Under the pieces are notes generated by a model. It ran no database searches. It was given only the letters and a program-made list of their open reading frames with translations, and was not told where the DNA came from. The translations under genes were made by a program, and so were the position numbers. This document shows positions 26,212-38,756 of a stretch of DNA of 62,695 nucleotides, one piece after another. Within the stretch, counting starts at the first letter, position 1, and each line of letters opens with the position of its first letter. This DNA is from Trypethelium eluteriae (lineage: Eukaryota). The stretch is taken from assembly GCA_051942245.1 (NCBI GenBank), contig JAVECL010000072.1, positions 1 through 62,695 of the forward strand, in the 5' to 3' direction.

Positions 26212-27122
26212 CTAATATTCATACCTTCCATCCACATACGTATCTCTCTCCACGTAGTCATCACCCCTATTATCATCCACGTACGTTGTCTCCTCAACAT
26301 AGTCATCTCTCCCCACGTCATCATCCACGTATGTCGTCGTCTCCTGTACGTAACCAGGCCTTTCATCCACATATGTCGTCTCTTGAACATAATCAGGCCT
26401 CTCATCCACGTACACATCTCTCTGGACGTAGTCTACGGCTGGCCGCTCATCCACGTAGGTCGTATTCTCCTGCACCACGTAATCCGGCCTACCACCCACG
26501 TACTCCCTCTGTCCATAGCGCTCTTCATCCCGGTATCGCTCTTCGTCCCGATATCGCTCCTCGTCTCTGAACCTCTCCTCATCCCGATACTCATGCTCAC
26601 GCCACTTCTCCTCCGCCCGATATTTGTCCTTCTCCCAGTGCTCCTCAACCTTATGCCCTTCATGCATCAGCAGTGCGCCCGCGGCTAATCCACCCACTCC
26701 CGCCAGCGCTGCTCCACCCCACCCAGGTCCGCCTGAGTGCTGCTTTCCCCGCTGCTGCTCGTCTACTACCGTCGTCGTTGTCTGCTGCGCATAGCCTCCC
26801 TGCGGCGGCGGAGGGGCCCCATAGCCCTGTGGGTGAGGTGAGGCAGCGTAGCCCTGGGGTGGACCGCCGACGTGCGGAGGACCATAGGGCGCGGAGTAGC
26901 CGGGCGCCTGAGGAAAGTCCCAGGTGCGCTGACCGGACTGTTCATTTTCAAAGTAGTAGCGATTCGCGTGGAAGTCCCAGACAGCTCGCCACGGGGGAGG
27001 GCATGGTGGAGGCGGGGGCGCATGGGAGGGAGGACCACCATACGACTGCGGAGGGATAGGAGAGCCTTGTACACCCTCTTAGTTTAATCTTCGTAGTTTG
27101 TCATGATTGACAGTAGAACCAT
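26212..27122 (-). CDS. WW-domain, Pro/Gly/Tyr-rich protein with acidic tandem repeats
   Basis: Frame from 27045 reads SYGGPPSHAPPPPPCPPPWRAVWDFHANRYYFENEQSGQRTWDFP (WW domain), then GGLAAGALLMHEG, (RDEERY)n and (YV.ETTYVDERP)n. The start is uncertain (see findings). Confidence 0.75.
26225..26600 (-). repeat. Coding repeats RDEERY (x~4) and YVxETTYVDxxPD (x~6)
   Basis: Visible in the translated ORF 26212..26697. Confidence 0.8.
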
Positions 27123-28104
27123 GGCAGACGGCAGATCTTTATATATGGGTGGAGCCAAGACGATCAGTGGGGAATCATCACTTACGTGGCGGTGGTGGAT
27201 GATGACCAAACATCTTGGCCGCTCGGTAGAAGATATGTCAACAAAGTGACAGGGATGGCGCTTGGGAAAATTAAGAAGCTCTGGAAGCTCCACTGCGTCC
27301 AAGGGTCTTGGCAATGCTTAAATACTCGAGTGCTTCGCTAAACGAATCCACGTGCAGAGATCTCGAACACCAGAACACCACAGAGAGGGAGGCCCGTCAG
27401 CTGCGCCTCTGCAAGAAGGAAGCTGTGCTGTAACACGGGGTCCGCACACTGGGGCGAATCTAGACTTCGGATTCGTGCTGATCGCAGGATGATCCTTGAG
27501 CTCTGGGGAACGAGCTCTCAAGCCCTGGTGGCTCTTCCGTCAGAGTTCAAGCAGCACACACCAAACACCTCACTCCACTAAACCGTAGACCCCGCTTCCA
27601 GCCATTCGAACGTCGCTACCAAAAATACGCCTTCATAGCCTTGTGATTGCGGGGTATCATTTATATTGCTTGTCATTATCCTCTTCGTACCATTTGCTGT
27701 TTTCGAAAAATATTCGTTGACGTGTAGGACAGCTACTTATTGCATGTCCATTGCTTTTCAATTTCTATTACTCTATTCTAGGCTTGATTGCTTTCACCCT
27801 GGCCATCCCAACCCCAGCCCGAAATTTCCGCCGGTTCTGCAGCCAAGCTGCATCAAATCATTGGCTTGCGATTAGTACAGTATTTGTACTTGTACTCGTC
27901 CAATTCCTCCAGCTTCCTCGCTTCGAACTCGTCCTCCAACACCCGCTTTACTCGGGCTTTCTGTCCTCGCGTACACCTCCAGATCAGGGCTTCTCGAAAT
28001 TGTACAGTCCTTTTGCGGATGAGGATAGAGTCTGCTTGCCGAAAACCGCTACTGGAGCGGTAGCGAGTCCCTCCGGCACATTCAATAAACCATATCAGCG
28101 CAGT

Positions 28105-29697
28105 ATGACACTCGTGGAAGAGGCGCAGAAGGTGGCTAGGGAGTTTGATTATCCGGCGAGTGAGCTACAACGAGCGATTGAGAGGTTTGGAGAGCAGATG
28201 CGTGAGTTCATGATGATCAAAACTTATATCGAGCATGATAATGGAACTCAAAACGGGCTGACTGAGGCATAAATAGGTGATGGGCTCCAGAGGTCTGGCT
28301 CTACTTTGTCTCAAATTCCCACCTTCGTCACTGCAGTCCCCAATGGCACCGAAAAGGGCCTTTACATGGCTGTCGATCTCGGTGGCACCAATTTCCGTGT
28401 CTGTTCCATCCAATTGCACGGCAATTCGACCTTCTCCCTGACTCAATCCAAAGTCGCTATCCCCCGCGAACTTATGGTCGCCAAGACATCGAAAGAACTC
28501 TTCTCCTTTCTTGCCAAGCAAATAGAGGCATTTCTCAAGCAGCATCATGAAGAACACTACGAGGGACACATTCGAAGAAGAAAGACCATGAGCAAAGGAG
28601 AGGGTTTCAAAGAGGAGGAGATCTTCAATTTAGGATTTACGTTCAGTTTTCCTGTACAGCAAAATGGCATCAATCGCGGCACCCTTCTCCGCTGGACCAA
28701 AGGTTTCGACATTGCTGACACCGTTGGGAAAGACGTCTGCGCCCTCCTGCAGGAGGAAATCGATGCCTTACATCTTCCTGTTCGCGTCGCCGCTCTTGTC
28801 AATGACACCGTCGGCACTCTCATGGCCCGCTCTTATACTTCTCCGGGTAAAACCGGTACTCTTCTCGGAGCCATCTTCGGAACAGGCACCAATGGCGCCT
28901 ACGTCGAGAAACTCTCCAAAATCCGCAAGCTGACCGAGTTGAACGATGTCGCCAGCTACGACACCAGCACCGGCGAAATGATCATCAACACCGAATGGGG
29001 CTCCTTCGACAACGAGCAAGCCGTCCTCCCCACCACCCCCTACGACGCAGGCCTCGACGCCGACAGCGTCAACCCAGGCATCCAAATGTTCGAGAAGCGC
29101 GTCTCCGGCATGTTCCTCGGCGAGATCCTACGCCGCGCCGTGCTCAGCCTGGTGCGCAACCCGTCGGTGCCGCTCTTCTCCGACGAAAACTCCTCCCTCA
29201 ACGACGTGCACTCCACCACCAACATCGCCGACTCCTCGGGCCTCTGGCGCACCTGGGGCCTCGACACCAGCTTCCTCAGCATCGCGCATGGCGACGAGAG
29301 CGCTGGCCTGCGCATCACCCGCCAGGCCCTCGATAAGGAGTACGGCATCACGGCGGCGAGCGAGGAGGACGCGGAGGCGGTGAAGGCGATTGCGTCGGCG
29401 GTTGGGCGACGGGCGGCGCGGTTGTCAGCGGTGGCGATTGGGGCAGTGGTGCTGAATTCGGAGAAGCTGAGGGAGTCGGAGACGGAGCCTGTGGACGTGG
29501 GCGTGGATGGTTCGCTTGTTGAGTTTTATCCTGGGTTTGAAGAGTACATTCGCGAGGCGCTGAGGGAGGTCCCGGAGATTGGTGAGAAGGGGGAGAAGAG
29601 GATCCGCATTGGGATTGCAAAGGATGGGAGTGGAGTTGGAGCGGCGCTCATTGCGCTGGTGGCAGGAAAGGTCAATCCCCCGACCGAGAATGATTGA
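28105..29697 (+). CDS. GLK1: Glucokinase (hexokinase family), 2 exons
   Basis: MTLVEEAQKVAREF. Intron 28202-28276. Motifs AVDLGGTNFRV, LGFTFSFP, WTKGF, VNDTVGT, INTEWGSFDN, FEKRVSGMFLGE, KDGSGVGAA. Confidence 0.95.
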
Positions 29698-31049
29698 CTA
29701 TATGGTAGAGCGGGGGGATCCCAAAAGAGAACTTGGAGTGAGTGGTTTAGGGGGAAGTTGAGGGAAGTCATATATGTGCATGTTTAAGTATCATGCTCAG
29801 GATGATAATCGTGAAGACTAAGGTATGGTGGCGTGGGCGGGCACGTGTGCAATCCAGTGGCGTAAGATTGGATCTGGATGATCTATCTAGAAATGTCGAA
29901 GCATTTGAATGGCAAAGGGTTTGTTTAGGCGGATGGTTCGTAAAGGTTTGGTTGGTGCATGATTATTTTGGATCGTCATTTTGTTTCAAAATTCGCATTG
30001 AGAAGCAGCTGGACGGTCCACAGGCCAATGATGTATCTTCTGAGAAATGTGCTTCTTGTGCCTATTTTGAATAGTATTTAAAGCAACATTGAATATATTT
30101 TGATATCATGCTGAAGGTAGCTTTTTACCCCATTAACGGAGCCAGATAAACCCTCTGACTAACTCGAGTTTCAGACTTTTATCGTATTGAAAAGACTTTG
30201 GCGACTCTCAATGTGTCATTCCAAAGGTAAGGTTGCGGCGTAGGGTGAGAGTCATCTCTTTCTGGGGCTTAGATTGTCCCCAATATTCGTAGAGAAGAGA
30301 AATTGCTGATTTTATTGTAGAATTGTATATAGTGTACTTGCTGTAGAGTCGAAGCTTAGCGAAAACGTAACACAAGACGGTTACTCTAACGTAAAAGTAA
30401 ATGCAGTATGAAAATAACTTGGCTTGCCCATTCAAGCACGCAAGCTGGGGAGTGAATTGAGACACCCTGCAGGCAGATCAAAGTCTAATTAGAAGGAACG
30501 TCAAATATTACTCAGGTGAGATGTGCCACGTATTTTCAGAGCTGTAGTTAACAAGGCTCTTCGAGACCTATTTGTGAAGCCGACGCGTCGCGTGCTGTAG
30601 AGTAGTGACGCATTTCGGTACTTGCCGACATCGACTTCAAAGAAAGTTAGAAGTCATCTTGGCTCCATATGTCCATTCACAGCGCACATTCCTGGCTTTT
30701 AGCTCAAGGAAATCACTCTGCTCCGCGTACCAGTGATTGGTTCCTTAGGGATTCACTCTGCGGGCAATGACTTCACCATAAATTTGCTTGTGAGGTCTCG
30801 ACTTATAACTCGACCTTCAATACGAACTCCTGCCGCCCACAGCAACACTACCTAACCACTACCCTTGTGGTGGCCAGACGCGATCTTCCCCAGCTCTTCA
30901 AGCCCTCTATACTGCCTGCGAAGCACCTGTGTAAGGCGCAACCGCGCCGGATAAATGGTGGTTGGTGGGGGAGGATGAACCATTCCAATCAAAAGGCTGC
31001 GTAGTGAAGTTGTAGCCTCACGCCTTGGTGGAGATATAATTTCGACAAC

Positions 31050-34000
31050 ATGGCCGAAGTTGCCCAAGCACTTCAGTGAGGAATTATCTCTGGTCGCCAA
31101 GATCTTTGGATTTCTATACTAAACATCAACAGGCAGCTGCAGCAGCTACCAGACGGCCTCCACCTGCTCTGTCCTCGATCTAGTCCTGAAGATACCAGCT
31201 GTTGGTTTGAGGAAGACCTATCAAAGTCACCGGATGAATCTAGTGAAACGAGTGGGACCAGTACACGAAGAGAGGAGCGTCTACAAGAAGTGAGGAAACG
31301 GAAGGAAATACTGCTGCAAAGTCTCCTTATCTTCGCCTATAACGGCTCCGATGCTTTGGAGTTCCAAAAGTGGCTTAGGAAGCGGCTTGAGGAGCAGCTC
31401 CAGTGCTGCGATGTTTGCATACGGGAATACCATCGAGCAAGAAAAGAGTTGAAAGCGAAGCTCGAAGAGTGAGGCATCGACGAGATCAGACTTGCAGAAC
31501 CAAGTGTTACTAATACATGATTAGAGAGTACCACGAAGAGCAAGTGACAGAGCTGTGCAACTTCTACGATGATATGGACATTGAGCGGATCAGAAATGGC
31601 CTTGATCATGCGACAAAAGACCTCCTGGATACCGAGCCTGCCGCACGTAGTATCAATTCGACAGATAGAAAGGGTACGTATGCTATCTTCGAGGCCCTTA
31701 ATTGCGAGGTATTTCTCCGTAACGAGACTCTCCTCAAAGATGTATTCGACAAACCCTTTCAGCTGGTGCAGACTAAGAGGCGTCTGAGACTCAACGGCTA
31801 TGCTCTGGCCATGACGTTGTTCTTATTCGGCAACAACGACGATCGAGCTACATGGGCCTACATGAGCTGGCTAAAGGCGAAACGCAACATTACCGGTACG
31901 GAGTTTGATTGGAACGTGCGGGAACCGCTAAAAGAGGCTATGGAACGCATACAGACTGCGATAATGGACACGGACTTTCTGTATACCTTCTGGCACGCAG
32001 CACATGTCATGGTCGACAAAATGGACAAAGAGGTCATGACGCATCATCTCCGTTCTCTTGAGAAAAATATTTCCAATCTGGCTCTTGAAAATATCCAGTG
32101 CGACTCGACTGCGTTTTCGGATGTGTTATCGGTAATCAGAAGGATCCTAGAGGAGTCACCGAATGATTTTTGGGATGCAATGGGTACCCTCCCGCCATCC
32201 TCAATTGTGGACCAAGTCTTTGGCAATCAAACCCTCGACCAAGTCATGCTCAGGGTCGATCCGGAGAATAGAGAAGACATGCAGCTGATGGAAGCGTCTC
32301 TTACCTGGACTGAACCCTTCATGGCTTCAATCAAGATTAACAACCAATACCCAGCCTGTCGAGCTCTAACAAGCCAACTACTTGATCGATTTCAAAATGA
32401 TCGTTATGCTCGAGAAGCGCGACGAATTACGTACCAGATGGGTATCCAATTCATCCGAGATATCCTCAAGGGATTGGTCGAAGCGAGCGAGACTCCAGGT
32501 TCCGTCAACAGCGTTACGGTGCATGAAATCTTGAAGCTTGTTGAGCAATACCTCCCACGTATCTTAATTGATGCAGGGGAAACTTTGACAAACGAGGAAA
32601 ATTCAGAAAATACTGAAAACGCATTGGCAATCATCGAGTTGACAGTCAAGCTGGACATTCAGGCTCTAGAAGCCGAGAAGGAGACCTCAGCTGGCAAGAA
32701 GTCGCTTCAGCACGAAGTTCCAGATTCATCCGCAGCCATGTGGAATTTGATCTCCCAAGCCAACAAGAATCGAAATGTCCATCTCGCGTCTAGTATACTC
32801 CAAGGAGCCCGTGGTGTTGTCGGTCTCGAGAAAATTCTGGTGAAGGATGGCGAATCTCTATCAAAGGATCAAGCACGGTTCAACGAGACATTAGATCGGT
32901 TTTCAACTCACCTCGCTGAGATCCTGGAGACCATCAGCTACTCACCCTCGGAAGACCTTGAAAAATTGCTCTCTAAGCAAGAGTCTGCTACCGCAGTCTT
33001 GGCTCCGTTATTCTCTTCCGAGGCCGACGTTCAATATGCCGCAATCAACCTGCTGAAGGTCGCTACGCATCAGACAGGTCGTATGGAGGCTATTGGAACC
33101 TTGCTGGAAAGTCAATATGCAAAAACTCTAACAGCACTTAGTCTCTCGATTCGTCGAGTAGCACGCAACCGCATCTTTGCGCCGATGAGCAATTTTCTCA
33201 AGATATGCAAAGACGCAATTGAGAAAATGTGTGATCAGAATGGGCTCCTACGGTCACGAGACCTTTCTGTTGAAGAGAGGAGAGGTACAGAGACCTTCTG
33301 GCAATCCATCTGGCAAGCACTTGCTGTCATTTTCGATGCCACCGAAGCCTGGTCTAGCACTAGGTCTAAGCAAAAGGAAAGCATGATGGATTTTTGCCGG
33401 AATACCATGGAATTTGCAGAAAGCACATATGACCGGTACGCCATAATTGCTGGTGCAGTCAGTCCTCCAGACGCAAGATCAACGCCGGAAGACCGTACCA
33501 ATCTCCGCAAGCGACTTCTGCAACATCCGAAAGCCACGACGGGCATGATGGTTCGGTGGCTTCGCTTGCGTGATGACTTCCTCATAAGCAAATCAGTATC
33601 CCTGATCAGCAATTTGCTTGTCCGTCTGAAAGATGTGAACATTGAGCTCTCACAAGACACCTTGTATTTTATTGAGGATACGACGAACGGGAAAATCAGA
33701 ACAAACTTGACCCGCAATCAACAGGCAGAGCTTCTCCGTGGCTTAGAGTATCATGTGGGACACGCAGTCGCTACAGCTGTGGACGAGCCTAAAACCAGAG
33801 TCAAAGAGCAGACAACACTCACAAGCTCGGGCGCACGCGTGAAGGCTGAGCTTGGAGGTAAGACCCAGCAACTCGACTTTGACAAATGGCGGGCCGTCGG
33901 TAAAAGCCAGGATGGTATTAAGAAAGAGAAAGAAGGCTCAGACGAACTGGACAAATTACTGTCCGATACCTCAAAGACTGCTCAAACGCTAAAGGCTCGG

Positions 34001-37000
34001 GGAGGATTGGGTGCTCAAGTCGGGCCAGTCACGAAGAAAGCGGCGCAGGCGCAGAAGACTGATCCCAATGAATTTATGAAGAAACGTCAAGCTGAGATAG
34101 AGGCGAAAAAGAAGCGAGATGCCATGGCTATCGCTGCAGCCAAGAAAAGCACTGGGCCTGGTAAGGTCACGCCGATGCCCACGGCTGACAAGGGTACAGG
34201 TATGATGGTCTCTTCTGAAGAAGAGTCTTCTGAGGATGAAGAAGCGACTGAAATGGACCGTCAACTATTTGGTATCGATCCCAAGAAGAAAAAGACGGCT
34301 AACCTTACAGCGTATGAAGAGGAAAAGAGGAAAGCACTTGCCAAAGAAAAGGCCAGAGGTCCAGTGAAGAAGCAGAGATACCAGCGATCTGCAAAGGACC
34401 TGCGAGCACGTCTGGCACCAGATCTGTCGCCTCTGCACAAGACCATCCTAGGCTGGGATTACTTTCACGAAGGGGATTTCCCACCGGACTCATATAGAGA
34501 GGACTATACAATGGTTTCTTCGAAATTCAAAAGCCCACAGGAGTACAAGAATACCTTCCAACCTCTGCTTACGCTCGAAGCCTGGCAAGGATTTGTCAAG
34601 GCACGAGAGGAAGATAATCCTCGCACTTTCGAAGTGAAGATTGCCAATCGATCTAGCGTGGATGCTTTTAGTGAGGTGAGCACCGTGATGACACACGCAG
34701 AGAACAAAGAAATCAGTATTGCCGAGGGCGACATTGTTCTACTCTCCAAGAGCCGTCGCCCAACTACTTCACCTAACGATCCACATTGCTTGGGACGCGT
34801 CTTCCGTATTACTCGAAAGAAAGATTCCCTGGAGGTCTTGTACAGGGTCATCCCTGGTCAATCTCTCGTATCATCACTTGTGCCGAACTCAAGTGTCTAT
34901 GGCGCCAAGATCCTCTCAATGATACCTTTGGAGAGGGAATACGGTGCTCTGACAGGTCTGGAATACTATGACCTGTGCATGGAGATTGTTAACGCCAGTC
35001 CATCGCCGTTGCTAAATTACAACGAGAAGCAACTTGAAACAATCATTGCTAATTACCAAGTCAACAAAGCGCAGGCAAAAGCCGTCAAGTCGGCGATTGA
35101 TAATGATGCGTTCACGTTAATCCAAGGTCCTCCAGGGTCAGGGAAGACAAAGACCATTGTTGGCATTGTGGGTGCCCTGCTCACGGGTAGTATTCGCGAG
35201 AAGGCGGCAGCTATTCCCCAGCCAAAACAGCTCAATCACAACGGCTTTCCAGTGAACAATGCGGCTTCACCCCCGAAGAAGATGCTTGTTTGCGCGCCTA
35301 GCAATGCTGCTGTTGATGAATTGGTAATGCGTTTCAAAGAAGGGGTAAAAACACTCGACGGTCGCTTCCAAAAGGTCTCGGTCGTTCGTCTCGGTCGTAG
35401 TGATGCCATGAACGCAAATGTCATCGATGTCACGCTTGACGAACTCGTCAATGCAAGACTCAATGCTGGATCTGGCGATGTCGGTAACTCCCGCGAAGAA
35501 ACGTCAAAGCTCATGCGAGAGCATCAGCAAGTTTCCGAACAACTTCGTGAAGCTCGTACAGCGCTTGACAAAGCAGAGGGCAACGGCAAAAAGGCACCAG
35601 CAGATGTCAAGGAGAAATTCGAGACTCTCAGGCGACAGAAAACAATGCTTTCGACCAAGATCGATAGCGCCCGAGATAATGAGAACATGGCACACCGCGC
35701 CGCAGATATAAACCGCAAGCGTGCCCAACAAGCTGTCCTTGATGAGGCTCATGTTCTTTGCGCCACTCTCTCCGGATCTGGTCATGACATGTTCCAAAAC
35801 CTTAACATTGAGTTCGAGACTGTGGTCGTCGACGAAGCCGCCCAGTGCGTCGAAATGAGCGCGCTGATCCCGCTTAAATACGGGTGTGCGAAATGTATCC
35901 TTGTTGGTGACCCGAAGCAACTGCCGCCCACCGTGTTCTCCAAAGAAGCGGCGAGATTCCAATATGAACAATCTCTCTTCGCCCGCATGGCGAACAATAG
36001 CCCCAACGATGTACATCTCTTGGATGTTCAATATCGTATGCATCCCGAAATCTCCGCCTTTCCCAGCGCCACATTCTACGATGGCCGCCTTCTCGACGGC
36101 GATAACATGGCGAAGCTTCGACGACGCCCATGGCACGCCGATGCGCTTCTGGGCCCGTATCGCTTCTTCGACGTGCAAGGTCAGCACCAGACCTCTACCA
36201 AAGGCCACTCTCTCATCAACATCGCCGAGATTGAAGCTGCAATGCAACTCTATGACCGCTTGACCACGGGCTACCGAACCAAGTTTGAGCTGAGCGGAAA
36301 AGTTGGAATCATCACTCCTTATAAGTCGCAATTGCGCGAACTGCGAGATCGCTTCACCCGCCGCTACGGCGCGACGGTCAAAGACACCGTGGAATTCAAT
36401 ACCACGGATGCCTTCCAAGGTCGCGAATCCGAAGTCATCATCTTTAGCTGCGTGCGTGCCTCCCCTGCTGGCGGTATCGGTTTCTTGCAGGATATTCGCC
36501 GCATGAATGTCGGTTTAACTAGAGCCAAGAGCAGTCTATGGGTGCTAGGCAACTCCTCGAGTCTTGTACGAGGCGAATTTTGGAAGAAGCTTGTGGAAGA
36601 CGCTAAGGGTAGGGGGCGATACACTGAGGGAAACCTGCAGGCAAAGTTAAGGGAAGGTGCGAGAGCGGCGAACGAGAGCAACGTGATGTATGATACGTCA
36701 GTCAAAAAGAAGGCAATTGGCGATGGGTCGGCAGGACACGATTCAAAATCGCAGGCTGAGGTCAAGCGCGAGCCTACAGAAGATGCCGATATGCTGGATA
36801 GCAGCGATGAGGATGAAAAGGAGCTCTTTGGTAGTTCGCGCAGTGCCACTCCCGCGCCTGCTGCAACTGCATTGAAGAAGGAACGGGACATTAAAGATGA
36901 AGCGAGCGGTGGTGAGGATGTGGTCATGAAAGATGCCCCTGTATCCGATGAAGATAGTGGCACGCGCTCATCGACGCCCATGTCGAGATCCTCTACTCCC

Positions 37001-37117
37001 TCGAGTATGCCTGGACGCCACGGGATTAGGAAGCCGACGGGTGCTATCCCGAATAAGGTAATGAAGAAGCGGCCCAAGGCGAATCCCTTACTTCCACCAA
37101 AGAGAACCAAGAATTGA
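31050..37117 (+). CDS. SEN1: Sen1 (senataxin) SF1 RNA/DNA helicase, 3 exons
   Basis: Sen1 N-terminal domain (HLLCPR..CDVCIREYH). Motifs QGPPGSGKT, CAPSNAAVDE, DEAAQ, VGDPKQLPPT, QYRMHP, FQGRE, RRMNVGLTRAK. Introns 31076-31132 and 31469-31524. Confidence 0.96.
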
Positions 37118-37778
37118 GGCTCAGGAAATAGTTCTTAATACTCAACTGGGTTGACGAGTTTTTATTATCATGAGAATAATTCAATTGTAGATCGCAACGT
37201 TTCCAGAGATTCCACTAAGCTGCGTCACTTAGTTCGGAGATAGATCCTACATTCCAGCCGCAACCCTGGCGCATGAAGTCCCTTCAGTAGCGACCGGGCG
37301 AATTGCATGAGGATATTGAACAGGTGACGTGTACTAATAGTATGCAGGTCTCTTTTGTATGATCTACGAGTCCCAGTATCATTGTCATATAGGCAACTCC
37401 ACTTCAGAAGATCAAGCTTCCTTCAGGGTCTGAGCCGATAACGAAGATTTGAAAGGTAGGGATGGGTCACATGGTACCGGCTCCATCAGCGCTGTGACCT
37501 AGTAGTGATAATTAGTCAGGCTCCTGGTGTGGTTCCTGAGGCTGTGATAGGGAGCGATCGCACTCCGTCACAGATTTTTTGGTCACTGGTCAGTAATTAC
37601 CGCATGAAGTATTCCATTTTTAATTCATACTCAATTCACTGTTCTTTTTCCTACCCAAGCAGTAGTGGCAACAACTCGTTAGTAAACTTTTTTCTTGTAT
37701 CTCCGAACGTGCCGTAGATCAATGGTCATGGCTTTCCTCCCACAAGGTATACATCAAGCTACCCCCTGAATCAAGGAC

Positions 37779-38756
37779 TTGATCGAAGTTCACGCCAACA
37801 TAGCTGTCAATACTCGAACCGCGAACCCCATATTTCTCCGCCAAACCCCGGCTGGGGAGCTTTTGATTGTTTTGGGGGATGTGGTCTGGAAAGCGAAGCG
37901 TGAAGGAGCGAACCGTCAAGACACGATACCCCAGTCCATCTCCATGCAACTACCCGCTCCGAGAAGTGACCTGCATCTAGCTTTGCAGTACAGGCCTGGA
38001 GATAATCTCACGAACCTACCTGCGAGCGTTCAAGCAGCTGCAGCTACGGTAGGCAGCCACCACCAGAACCTTATTGAGTACTGCAACATGATGGAAAGGC
38101 GCCTGGAGAGAATGATGACAGAGAGCGTCTGCGACCTTGGACTTCCCCGCCTACTGCCAATAGCCAGCTTTAGGCTAGAAATCACCTTTGCACGCTGGCA
38201 TACAGGATCCCGAGCCTCCATTGGGAGGTCGGCCCTCGATATTGCGACCAGCTTAGTAGGCAAGGCCCTACCGTACATTTGGCAGTCAAGCAATTTCAGG
38301 GCGTGGATCAGGCTCGTAACATACACAGGCCCTATTCCAAACTACATCGATGACAGTTATCTCCTACCTTCCTTACCTCCTGAGCAGCTGCTGAGCCGGC
38401 TCTCTACACCCTGCCGTATCAATGTAACTGGCGTTTTGCCATTGAAAGAACTGGCCAAAACAATCAAATTCTGCTGCAGTCCACGTGTTCCAAGTGGTCA
38501 AGCAGCGGCTGTCAGATACTACTACGAGTCCTGGCTGCCAGGCAAGCTTGGTGGAGACCCCTTGGGGGAGGTCGAGCTCTCCACGCCAATGGCACGACAG
38601 GGTTCATTTAATCCAGCCGACTATAGCCTCAGTATGGAGATGGAGATGGAACAAGCAAATCTGGTGGCAGCGGAGTTTGGATCCGTGACACATGAATTCT
38701 GCTTCAAGCCCATGGGCATGCTCGGACTGGAGACATTTACAGAGCTCGGGCTCTAA
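37779..38756 (+). CDS. Hypothetical orphan protein (~325 aa); 5' end unresolved
   Basis: Long globular-looking ORF with no recognisable motif. It has a TTG start with an in-frame stop just upstream. Confidence 0.4.
   Translation: MIEVHANIAVNTRTANPIFLRQTPAGELLIVLGDVVWKAKREGANRQDTIPQSISMQLPAPRSDLHLALQYRPGDNLTNLPASVQAAAATVGSHHQNLIEYCNMMERRLERMMTESVCDLGLPRLLPIASFRLEITFARWHTGSRASIGRSALDIATSLVGKALPYIWQSSNFRAWIRLVTYTGPIPNYIDDSYLLPSLPPEQLLSRLSTPCRINVTGVLPLKELAKTIKFCCSPRVPSGQAAAVRYYYESWLPGKLGGDPLGEVELSTPMARQGSFNPADYSLSMEMEMEQANLVAAEFGSVTHEFCFKPMGMLGLETFTELGL

Noticed and set aside
30581..30594. CGACGCGTCG palindrome (MCB-like) upstream of SEN1
   Set aside because: A single short motif cannot be distinguished from chance
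35504..37110. Minus-strand ORFs of 304 and 248 aa
   Set aside because: Antisense to the SEN1 helicase domain, with no independent motifs
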